The translations under genes and the position numbers were made by a program. From Eledone cirrhosa (taxonomy: Eukaryota), in assembly GCA_964016885.1 (NCBI GenBank), contig OZ024751.1:42222001-42286000 (forward strand): a stretch of DNA of 64,000 bases, read 5' to 3'. The notes below the pieces were generated by a model. That model searched no databases. It worked only from the letters and a program-made list of their open reading frames with translations, and was not told where the DNA came from. Numbering within the stretch: position 1 is the stretch's first letter; each line of letters opens with the position of its first letter. Positions 1-10,640 of this stretch are shown piece by piece.

Positions 1-825
1 CCACCTTCAGCGCCCAGGTCTCACTACCATGTAACATTGCTGTTCAGATACACGCATCATACAGTCTGCCTTTCATTTTGAGGGAGAAGCCTTTTGCAGC
101 TAGCAGTGGTAGTAGTTCCCTAAACTTCTTCCATCCCGTTCTTACCCTAGTTATTGTACTTTCTGAACACCCACCTCCGCTGCTAATTCGGTCACCTAGG
201 TAGCAGAAGCTGTCTACTGTTTCTACAGAGCCCCCCCCCCCCCCCCCCCCCCCCAGAGATTGGTGGTACTTGTTTCCTGTGGCTGTTTGCTGCTTGCTGT
301 CCCAGCACAGCTGCTGCATGTGAAGCCTACATTCTTAATTAAGCTTCCTGAGATCCTGCTACATCTCTTGTGTACCCATTGTTTGCATTTGGGGCAGAGA
401 ATGGAGTTCCTACCTACACCTTTCCTACATACTGAGCAAGGCCATTTCCTTGAGGGGATCTGGGTTCTGTCTTCTCGTCTACTTACAAGGACCTTAGTCT
501 TTGTCATGTTGACTTTGAGACCCTTTCTTTCTAGTCCCTGCTTCCAAGTTTGGAATTTCTTCTCTAGTTCTACCATAGATTCAGCTATAAGTGCGAGGTC
601 ATCAGCATACAGGAGTTCCCATGGGCATCCGGTCTTAAACTCCTCCGTTATTGCCTGCAGGACTATGATGAACAGGAGGGGGCTAAGAACAGAGCCCTGG
701 TGGACCCCAACCTGTACGCTAAATTCCTCGCTATACTCATTGCTAATCCGAACTTTGCTGACTGCTCCCCTATACATGGCTTGTACAGCTTTCACATGCC
801 ATTCATCTACTCCTAGTTTTCTAAC
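1..825 (-). mobile_element. RTE-clade LINE fragment (RT C-terminal half with embedded PHD-like Cys/His finger), 5'-truncated, runs off window start
   Basis: ORFs 223..909 and 44..319 give [49 protein letters not shown] and KGRLYDACI; frameshift at a poly-C run (~230-254). Confidence 0.9.
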
Positions 826-872
826 ATATATATATACACACATATACATATATATATACATATATATATATG

Positions 873-910
<38 letters not shown>

Positions 911-935
911 CATACATATATATATATATATAAGT
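826..935. repeat. (TA)n microsatellite
   Basis: Direct inspection. Confidence 0.95.
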
Positions 936-1359
936 ATGTGTGTGTTTATTTGCATAACCTTAACACACCATCCTTTCTATTGCTTCTCTGTTCTCTCCCT
1001 CCCTCTCTGTCTCTCCTTTCCCTCATCCACACTCTCCTTCTTTCTTTCTCTCACTCTCGGTTCCACAACATTAAGATGTAGTTGTCTGCTGTCTGCTGTC
1101 TGTTTGTCTTCTGCAACTATTTTTCTCTGTGCATTTTCTACATACATTATATGAGTGTATAGTGTATTTATGTCTATATAATACTGCACTCTTTCTGTCA
1201 ATATACTACAGTGTCTATATTTGAATAACCTCAACTCTCAGTTCTTTTTAATTCTTCTTTCTTTTCTCCATATCTCCCTCATTCTCTCTCTCTCTATCTA
1301 TCTCTCCCCCACCTCTCTATCTCTCTCTCTATATATATATATATCTACCAACCTATCTT

Positions 1360-1394
<35 letters not shown>

Positions 1395-1511
1395 CTACCA
1401 ACATATCTTTCTCTCTCTCTCTATATATATATATATCTACCAACCTATCTTTCTCTCTCCACATCTCTCCCTATATATTTATTTATATATATATATATTT
1501 ATATAAAATTC

Positions 1512-1606
1512 TATATAGAAATGGCTTCTACAGGACTAGAACTGTTTCATTCGAAAGAAATCATCAGGATGAAACAGTTCTAGTCATGTAGAAGCCATTT
1601 CTATAT
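1512..1606. repeat. Inverted repeat (~40-bp arms, ~14-nt loop) centred on a hammerhead-like core
   Basis: atatagaaatggcttctacaggactagaactgtttcattc ... ggatgaaacagttctagtcatgtagaagccatttctatat, 2 mismatches; the minus strand reads CTGATGA-tttctttcgaat-GAAA. Confidence 0.8.
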
Positions 1607-1699
1607 TAAATTTCATGTTTACACTCTACTAATGTATTGAGTACCTTAATTACTGTGCTTATATGTGTGAGTATATATATCTATATCTATATATCTACT

Positions 1700-1860
1700 A
1701 TATAATATAAGATCAAAAGATGGTTAAAAGAGTTCCAAGTATTTCCAAGTTCCATCTTTCGATCTTATATTATTTATACTCCAGTCCTACAAACTGTAGA
1801 GTGCTACTTATCCGATATTTGCATTGCTTTATTGTACTACAATAAAACTCACCTCCTACA
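1700..1860. mobile_element. Penelope-LTR-like short element with partial fold-back; same family as 52135-52367
   Basis: Shares aaaagatggttaaaagagttcc and gtgctacttatccgatattt...caataaaactcacctcct with the copy at 52135-52260; flanked by (TA)n. Confidence 0.6.
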
Positions 1861-1869
1861 TATCCACTA

Positions 1870-1908
<39 letters not shown>

Positions 1909-2354
1909 CCACTATATATGTATATATATATATCCCCTCCTCTCTCTCTTCCTTCCCTTCTTCCTCTGGTCATTTCTCTATCTATCCCCCTTACAATTGG
2001 TAGGTAACAGAGCCCTTTTTGTTGTTGTTGCTGTTGTTGTTAGTCTCTGCCAACCAACCACATTTTCCCAGCATTAACTCCTATGTCTTCTATTGTCGCT
2101 GTTTTTGTCGAAAGAGACCTGAAAAGACTTCTGTCCATTCTTTGTTGTGTTTTTGTTTCACATAGATCTTCTTACTGACTGAGAAGTTCTCAAGTTGGTT
2201 GTACACCATTGCAATATTACATTATGGTCTTAAACTGCATACCAGCAAAGTGGCTGACAAAGTACGGATCTAATTGTCTGTTTATTTTATATAACTGTCT
2301 TTCTGTGTGTATTTTCTAATGATGATGATGATATATATGTGTGTGTATACATAT

Positions 2355-2705
2355 ATTGGGCTTGCAATCGAAAGGTTGTGAGTTCAATTCTCGGTCTGGT
2401 GATGTGTTGTTTCCTTGAGCAAGACACTTTATTTCACATTGCTTCAGTTTACTCAGCTGTAGAAATGAGATGATAGGATTGGGGTCCATATCATTCCACT
2501 GCAAAGTGGTCGTGGAGGTGCCACGGCAAAAAAGCACCCAGCACTCACTGTAAATGAGGTTGGTGTTAGGAAGGGCATCCCAGAATCAGTTCCCGTATGA
2601 GCAAGACAAGGTCAGCCGACCGGACATTGCCCACAACAGGACAACCCGTCTAACCAATGCTAGTGTGGAAGAACGGACGTAAAACGGTGATGATGATGAT
2701 GATGA
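2355..2705 (+). mobile_element. Composite SINE (tRNA-like head/core plus RTE-type 3' tail ending in (GAT)n)
   Basis: gagttcaattc B-box-like motif, ccttgagcaagacactt core, ttaggaagggcatcc and acgtaaaacggtgatgatgat tail; a near-identical inverted copy lies at 32340-32680. Confidence 0.75.
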
Positions 2706-3175
2706 TATATATATATAATTACCACAATATAGATGACTATAATAATTTCTAATTTAGGCACAAAGCCAGCAATTTGGTGGGTAAGAGGGGAAAGTTGATT
2801 ATACTGATCCCATTACATGACTGGTACTTTATTTTATCAATCCCTGATGGCCAAAAAAGCAGAATTGACCTTGGTGAGATTTTATTTCATAATGTAAATA
2901 ACAAAAAGAATAGTGCAAAACATTTTGTCCAATGATTTAACAATTCTGCCAATTGGCTGGACATCCTACTTCTTATCCTTCTCGGAGTTCGTTCCCAGGT
3001 AAAAGAAGGAATTGGTTCTACACAAGCTGAGATTATATGATCAAATTACCCTTTCCTCTGGCCTCCATAGGGTTGTCCTTGTGCCTAAAGTAGAATCCAT
3101 TATGTTCATTTATTTATTTATATATTCTCCCTCTCCCCATTCTCTCTTACAGGTTCTGTTGTTCCATTAGCAGAC

Positions 3176-3430
3176 ATGCATTTTATAGCAACCTTAATGC
3201 TGAGCAGTGAGGTATTCCATGCTTTGACTCATAGCATGGTGTTGTTCAGGATTCGACTTCTTCCTCGGAAGGACCTAGTAAACGTTCACTATTATTTTCT
3301 CTTTGATCTTCTATCTGTGTTCTTGGTGTCGTTTGTTGTACTTCAACGCTTGCAGTGGCTTGCTTGCTTACAAATAATCCAACATCTTTACTATATCATC
3401 TTTTGGAATAAAAGTCCTGCAGCAAAGAAA
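3176..3430 (+). CDS. Uncharacterised multipass membrane protein, coding exon 1 (MHFIATL...SPAAKK)
   Basis: Acceptor tctctcttacAG at 3151-3152, ATG at 3176, donor GTATGT at 3431 (phase 0). Non-repetitive and hydrophobic. The frame is also open from 3153, so an upstream coding exon is possible. Confidence 0.8.
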
Positions 3431-4102
3431 GTATGTATTCTATTTTACAGTTATTTTTTTTTATCTTCTTGTCTATATTGCTAAACTAGTTTTTTTTCAG
3501 TACTTCCTGTGTGTATACCAGTTGTTCCACAAAGGAAGGTAGAGGAGTATATTTATGTTACGACCATATAACAGTATTAGACTTTGGGGTTTCCCCCAAA
3601 GTTCCTGAACCAAAAAGGGTTCCTCATTTGAAAAGATTTAGGAAACCCTGAAGTATACAGACCAATTGATAAAAAAGAACTCACAAAAAAACCCTGCTAT
3701 ATGTCTAAGTATTGACTGTTCTATGATAGGTTTGTGGCCCTTAGACCACATCTTTGCTCATAGCTATCAGAGCAGAGCTGGCTATCTGTAAGTGCGAGCT
3801 CTGAGGTGGAGTAGCTGCTTCAGCACATCTCCCTTGCCATCCTCTGGAATAATGCCTTCTCCATCCTGTTGGCCAAGACCATGAGGTAGGGTGGCACGTT
3901 TCCCTTATCATCATCTGGGGAAATGTCTTCTCGATCCTGTTGGCCGAGATCACCGCCACCACAACCACTTTTCCCTGCTTGGATTAAATGTTTGATTATT
4001 TTGTGTCATAAATATTTTGGGTAGATTTTATATTTTTATTATTCTTAAAAGTTATTTTCCTTTTTTTTTTACCTGCTGATGTCATTAATTTCTTCATTAC
4101 AG

Positions 4103-4384
4103 GTAATAAGCTGGAGTTCATTAGATTGGTTCAAGAGTGAATACAACAAAAACTGGACATTTGATAACATACTGGGTACAGCTTTTGATTTAATAGTTCA
4201 TGTTACTTTTAGCTATTACCTCTTAACAACACTCTCCTTTACCGAAGTAGTAATTGGAGTTGCTCTGCCTTCTTTTATTCTAAATTACTTAATGTTTTCC
4301 AAGAAATTTGCCTGGAGCAATCCCCAAAATATTCCACCATGGGTTGAGAAAAGAATGCAGCCCGTAGGTCCCTGGTGGGATTAG
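4103..4384 (+). CDS. Uncharacterised multipass membrane protein, last coding exon (VISWSSLDW...GPWWD*)
   Basis: Acceptor ttcattacAG at 4101-4102 in phase 0 with the previous exon; stop TAG ends at 4384; AATAAA at 4438-4443. Joined product is 178 aa. Confidence 0.8.
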   Translation, partial: VISWSSLDWFKSEYNKNWTFDNILGTAFDLIVHVTFSYYLLTTLSFTEVVIGVALPSFILNYLMFSKKFAWSNPQNIPPWVEKRMQPVGPWWD

Positions 4385-4906
4385 TTTAGTCTGGTTGTTG
4401 TTTTTATATGGTTTTTCTTAAAACAGAATTAAGATTAAATAAAAGTTTGTATTAAAAACTTTAAACAAGAAATATTGTAATATTTTAGCTCTGATTATAT
4501 TTAGCATTGATTTTTATATATATTTACTTTAACTCTTAACACGTTGTACTGCATGTAATCACATTAACAAGACATTCTTGCAAAGTCTAATATACATCAG
4601 CATTATGACTAAAAAGACTAAAGTCTTCCTCAAGACTGGGACTTATCCCAGTTTCCATGGTGTTAAGTGACTGAGAGTACAAGACCTCCTCTGGTCAGGA
4701 TGCCAGTCCACAGCAGGGTTGAACTTCCAGCTATTGCTGGTACTCATTTTTAACTGAGTATAATGGAGTATCGTGAAATAAAGTGTTTTGCTCAAGAACA
4801 CAACACACAACCCAGTCCAGGAATCAAACCCACGACATTATGATCATAAGTGCAAACAGCCTTACCACTAGGTCTCTTGTTATGAATACATCACATTAAA
4901 AATTTA

Positions 4907-5425
4907 AAACTTTACTCTAATACTGTAAATTTCACAATGATCGATCTGTTGACTAGTAAAAATATTGTAAATATTTGAATTATCATATTTTGCAATAACA
5001 TATGTAAGAAAACAACGATTGAACATAGATTTAAATACCTTTGTTTTAAACTAGTTATTTTAACCAATCAAACACATGTGATCATTCTCTGCTGAAAGAA
5101 GTATTTCCGTAGTCAGTCTTGACTATTGCAGTAGAAACATGGCAAACAATTGAAACTTTACTCTAATACTGTAAATTTTCACAATGATCTGTTGACTAGT
5201 AAAAATATTGTAAACATTTGAATTATCATATTTTGCAATGAAATATGTAAGAAAACAATGATTGCACTCAAATATACATAATATAGATTTAAATACCATT
5301 GTTTTAAACCGGTAAGTTTACAAGTTATTTTAACCAATCAAACACGTTTGCTCATTCTCTGCTTAATGAAGTTTTTTCGTAGTCTGTCTTGACTATTACA
5401 GTAGAAATATGGCAGACAATTGATT
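4907..5425. repeat. ~250-bp diverged tandem duplication
   Basis: aaactttactctaatactgtaaatt... starts at ~4907 and again at ~5153, and both copies end in gtagaaa(c/t)atggca(a/g)acaattg. Confidence 0.85.
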
Positions 5426-5457
5426 TTCTGAGTAAAATATTCTTTGTGTTTAAATAC

Positions 5458-5658
5458 ACAGGAGAGTAGGCTGAAAAGTTCATAGGCTGACTATAAAGGA
5501 GAAATGCTATTGCTGGGAAATCTTCAATGCATTAATTTCAACTCTTCTTATTAATAACTGCATTATTTCTTTCCAGAGACTATCATGAAAAATAAATGTC
5601 ATTTGGTCATTTCATGAGTATCTTGGTCAGCCTATGAACTTTTCCACTGACCCTCAAA
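5458..5658. mobile_element. Tc1/mariner-type MITE (further copies ~21260-21460, 32219-32745, 51990-52112, 53370-53685)
   Basis: Terminal inverted repeats gctgaaaagttcataggctgac / gtcagcctatgaacttttc; (ta)cgaggg-like ends in the better copies. Confidence 0.75.
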
Positions 5659-5739
5659 TATATTCATATCTTATTTTTTTAAAACAACCTCTAATTCTAT
5701 AATTACAAATATCACCACTGTTAATATTATTATTATTTT

Positions 5740-6155
5740 GACGTATAGAGTTACGGCCCTTGCCAGTCTGAGTTCAAATCCCACTGAGGTTAACTTTGCC
5801 TTTCATCCTTACGGGGTCGATAAAATAAAGTACCAGTCACGCACTGGGGTCGATTTAATGGACTTCCTCTCCCCCCAAAAGGCTGGCCTTGTGCCTATAG
5901 TAGAAATCATCATTATTATTATTATTATTATTATAAGGGCAGTGGATTGGCAGTATTGGTAGAGTGTCAAACAACATGCTTTGCAGCATAGAGCTACGGC
6001 CCTTTACATTCTGTGTTCAAATCCTGCTGAGGTTAGTTTTGCCTTTCATCCTAACAAGGGTCGATAAAATAAAGTACCAGTAATGTATTGGGGTCGATTT
6101 AATTGACTTAGCCGCTTCCCCTCAAAGTTGCTGGCGTTGTGCCTAAATCAGAAAC
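5740..6155 (+). mobile_element. Two tandem copies of the commonest SINE family (others at ~2745-2965, 16880-17100, 17465-18185, 23643-23825, 25235-25415, 45350-45580, 47345-47820, 52684-52960, 60990-61145)
   Basis: Recurrent gagttcaaat (B box)...ttgcctttcatccttacggggtcgataaaataaagtaccagt...gctggccttgtgcc with an (ATT)n tail. Confidence 0.8.
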
Positions 6156-6289
6156 AAATTATTATTACTATTACTACCTCGTGTGTTTCTTTTATCTGCT
6201 GCATTCCTTGCAGTAGAGTTAAACACTTGAGTTAAATAATGAATTTGAAGTCTTATCTGTTTACTTGTACTTGTGTCGACATTCACCCT

Positions 6290-7310
6290 GGACGGGTTGA
6301 GCCGGCTTCTTCCCTTGCCCTGACAGCATCCCAAACCATGGCAGCCCACACACGATGGTCCCGGGCTAGGCCATTGGAGATAGCGAGCCAGTCACGGTTC
6401 CATCGGCGCGGACCTGAGAGTTTGGAGAGGTCCTCCTTGATCATCGTTGCCCAGGTCTTCAGCTGTCCGCCAACGCGCTTGCGCCAGTTAGGGAGTGGAG
6501 GAGAACATCGTGGATCAGCTCACCCACCCTCAGGGCGCCGGGCTGCGTGACCAAACCATCTCAAACGCCGTTGCAGAAGCACTGAAGGAAGGGGTCGAAG
6601 ATTCAGGTGAAGACGAAGACTGGCGGTAGGTACTCGATCAATGCGTCGGAGACAGTCATTGTCGAAGACCTCCAGCCCTCGTTGATCGACTACCCTCATA
6701 GGCCATGTTTCACAGCCATAGAGGAGGATAGTGCGAACGGCGGCCTGGTAGATTCGCCCTTTGATCTCTCTTCTGTCCCACAGACACCTCTGGAGGGGCC
6801 CAAAAGCGGATCTGGCAGCACCTATGCAACGTTTGACCTCGGCTGTGCCCTGTCCCGTTGGAATCATTGTTGAGCCCAGGTAAACGAAGGACTCCACATC
6901 CTCCAGGTCCCCGCCCTCAAGAGATATTGGCTGCCAGGCATCAGGCGAGACCAGTGACGTCATGACCTACGACTTGGCGGCATTGATTCGTAGACCAACA
7001 GCGGCGGCTGCAGTGTGCACCCTTTCGAGAGCACCTTGTACATCTGTCCCGTTAGCGCCCATCAGCACGATGTCATCCGCGTAGGCCAGGTCCGTCACCA
7101 CGACTCCTCTCCCGAGCTCTCCGCCAGGAGCGCTGTGTTGAGAGTGTAGTCAATGGCGTAGTTGAAGAGAGTTGGCGATAGCGCACACCCCTGCCGAACA
7201 CCAGTCCCAACATCGAACGACTCCGTCTCCCCACCATAGACCCTCATTCGAGCCCGAGCCGACCGGTAGTAGCCTTGTATGAGATGTAGCAGCCTCACTG
7301 GGATGCCATC
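6290..7310 (-). mobile_element. GC-rich RTE-clade LINE 3' fragment (second family), degenerate
   Basis: GVRQGCALSPTLF, LAYADDI (~7070-7090), VESFVYLGS, LLYGCETW and RRLRWFGHAAR across frameshifts and a stop. Confidence 0.9.
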
Positions 7311-7526
7311 TATTTACATCCCTTTCAATTTGAAGTGTCATTTACAACACGTTTTTCAATTTGTTTTGTCTTTTCATACAGTCGTCTATCTTTCCATTTC
7401 TTCTTTCTCTCTCACTCTGTCTTCCAACAAAGGACTAACGTCTGAAACATTAAGATTTTTTTTCCTACTATATCACATTAAACACGTGTTGACCTTTCTC
7501 ATGTGTGTGTATATATATATATATAT

Positions 7527-7570
<44 letters not shown>

Positions 7571-7920
7571 TTTACGTCTGCTTTTCCCTGCTTGCAAGGG
7601 TGGGACAGGTCTTATTCAGCACACCATCTCTCCACTCGTCATGGTCCTTCGTCATCTCCACCGTGAGCTTCAATGATCTGAGGTCTGTTCTCACCATCTC
7701 CGCCCATGTTTTTCGTGGTCTACCTCTACCACGTCTTCCTTCAACTGGCATTTCCTGGCACTTCTTCACCCATCGGTCATCCTCCATGCGCATCACATGT
7801 CCATACCACCTCAGTCTCCTCTCCCGTACACTACATTCTATCCCTCTCAACACATTTATGCTAGGTCGTTCACGCACATTTACACTGCACATCCAACGGA
7901 GCATGCTTGCCTCATTTCTA
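7527..7920 (-). mobile_element. RTE LINE 3' end with (GAT)n tail
   Basis: RNEASMLRWMC...RRLRWYGHVMR...GRRGRGRPRKTW; tail seen as (CAT)n at 7527-7570. Confidence 0.9.
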
Positions 7921-8077
7921 TTTATATATATATATATATAAATACATAAAACACACACAGATACATATATACAAACACACACACCACACACACACACATA
8001 TATATATATATATAGGAACAGAGCCAGGACCCCGATGGCTGAGCTCTGGCCGTTTCGACACACACACACATATATAT

Positions 8078-8136
<59 letters not shown>

Positions 8137-8460
8137 TATAATTAGACAGTACCAAAACAACTTCCAAAGAGCCTCTCTGGCAATTGAATGAATCTATTTT
8201 TTGTGCATCTGCTGCAAACAAAGTCCATCATCAAACCATCCCCACTGCCGCCCCCCTGCCACCCCCACTGCCATCCCCACTGCCACCCCCACTGCCACCC
8301 CCACTGCCACCACCACAACCACCACTGCTGCCACCAACTCTAGAACAATTAAGATACATACAACAAAATAAAATAAGTCATATTTTTCATAACAAAATTT
8401 TTATTTGTGTTTGAAAACCACCCAGAAACACAAATGTAGTTTATATGTATATATATATAT

Positions 8461-8513
<53 letters not shown>

Positions 8514-9809
8514 AGTGGAAGCTTAGTAAAATCGAAGCTTTGGCTGTGGCCAAGCTAACGACCCACAATTAGGAATGAGCAGCAAAGCACTCAATAAGGT
8601 AGGCCCTTAGAGTAATAACATGTTTAAATAGCTTGACAAATTGAAAATTGCAGCAGGCAGACCTAGCCACACAATACCATAAACAACGAAAAAACTAATC
8701 AAGCATTTAAAAAAATCTTAGAAGCAGTTTTATTGAAAACTTCTTGTTAAAATCCAATAAGAAAAACTGACATAACTAAAGGAAAACTGAAGACAATACA
8801 ACATAAACATGAAACATTGACTAGAAAGGTGGAATAAGTTGAACTAAAGAAAAATCGAATATGATAAATAATAAAACGTTTTTTCAATGTAAGAGAGTGA
8901 ATATGAGGTTAGATTTAGTCAGGAATTATGAGATATATGAAGAAATCAGGGTCAAGAGTTAGGGGACATGAGGAGGGATTTAGGAGTTAGGGAATGAATC
9001 TTAATTCACATTACAATATGTTCTTTACAGCTTTGGTTATATTGGTAATTTAATATCTACTATCTTCATTGCCTGGTCTTCACATGTTTAAAATGGAGCA
9101 CCAAATTGGTGACTAGGTCTAATCCTTTTACAGTTGAACTTCTTAAATAATCATCATCATCGTCGTTTTAACGTCTGCTTTCCCTGTTGCACAGGTCTAC
9201 ATAGACCAATCCAATACTGAAGCAGAGCTACTGATCTCCAAAACAAGCCAGGGATCTGTATCTCGCTTAAGTACAGTTGTACGTTCTATTGAGTGCACAG
9301 AAAATTCTATTCTAATAGTTTCTTCCCTCACACATCTTGCCAATGGAATCCTCTTCCAGCTTCTTGCTTTCCTGACCCGCTACAATTTGCAAAAATTCCA
9401 AAAAGAAACATCAATCACCATCTTCTTTCTTTCTCTTTGAATTATGTTCTCTGTTTTATCCTTCTCCCTTAACAATAATAACCCCTTGTATTTTAGAGGC
9501 TTTATTGCCACTAAAAGAGAAATTTAGTATTATAAATTGCAGTAGGGGGAAGCTAAGGAAGACCTGGGCAGAAGTGGTGAGAGCAGATCTCAATATTCTG
9601 AACCTGAAAGAGAGGAGATGATGAAGGAATATGGTAGATGGAGTGAAGCTATGCTGGAAAGATCTGTCCAACCTACACAAGCATAGAGAAGCTGACAGCT
9701 GACATAATAGAAAAGTAAAGGTACTGATTCTCATATAATCTGATATATGAGAAAAAAAAACAAAAAAACTAAACAAAAGATTCTACAAATGGAAGACATT
9801 GAATGAAAT

Positions 9810-10015
9810 TTAACCCTTTAGCATTTAAACCGGCTATATCCAGCCAGAATTCTCTCACCTCTTTCTATTCAAACTGGCCACTCATACTGATGTTAAGGTA
9901 TTGTTCTCAAAATAAATAACATCAAAATCTCATAGAATCGATATTATGTGAGGTAAAGCCTTTACTATAAAAATACAATAGTATATATAGAGTAATGTAA
10001 ATGCTAAAGGGTTAA
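9810..10015. mobile_element. piggyBac-type MITE (further copies 22259-22452 partial, 27596-28140, 29445-29654, 46579-47011, 48751-48930, ~54912-55453, 63345-63542)
   Basis: TTAA-CCCTTTAGCATTTA ... TAAATGCTAAAGGG-TTAA: TTAA target duplication, CCC/GGG termini and a conserved ~200-bp interior. Confidence 0.85.
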
Positions 10016-10606
10016 GCTGTTCTTACATACAAATATAAAGGATATTTCAATTTCTTATTTATGAATTATCGATATATAACAAACAGGTTTATTATGTCAA
10101 CGTAATAACTAAGGAGGTTAGGAGATGTTTGTAGAAAAATAGGAGTATAACCAGACATTTGGGGTGTTACTCCAGACGTTTCGAATGCCACTCTAGACAT
10201 TTGGGAGTACCACTCCAGACATTTGTGGTGCCACTCCAGACGTTTGGGAGTACCACTCTAGACGTTTGAAATGCCACCCCAGACGTCTGGGGTGATTAAA
10301 TGGGTTGGTGCCGGGAAGGACATCAAGCTGTAAAACATTGTCTAAAAAATAAAAAAAAATAAAAAGGGGGCGAGGCTTTACAATGAGTAAGAAGGAAGCT
10401 TGTCGTGGGGCCAGTAATTCTAAGCCCTGATTTAGCAGGGAAATTGTCGGAAAATGCTTGTTGTTATTGTTGTAGATGAGAGAAGAAAATAGCAATGAAA
10501 ACAATTAAGCAGACAATTCCTCAACTGAATGGAAAATAAAAGTAAGGAGTTAATATGGAAGTTTTCTTCAAAAGTAATTCTTAACAGTTCCAAGAGAGAA
10601 GATGAT

Positions 10607-10640
10607 TTAAATGTTGCATTTTACTGTATCTGTCGATGAT
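10607..10640 (-). CDS. HMGCR: HMGCR coding exon 21 (last; R|[10 protein letters not shown])
   Basis: Acceptor ttctttccAG at 10641-10642; completes HNRS; TAA at 10607-10609. Confidence 0.85.

Noticed and set aside
260-1081. 273-aa plus-strand ORF (also 32964-33755 and 36769-37179)
   Set aside because: Antisense shadows of LINE RT or PLK4 coding sequence.
3720-3990. GC-richer intronic segment with 75-aa minus-strand ORF
   Set aside because: No recognisable motif or splice context; probably an old repeat fragment.
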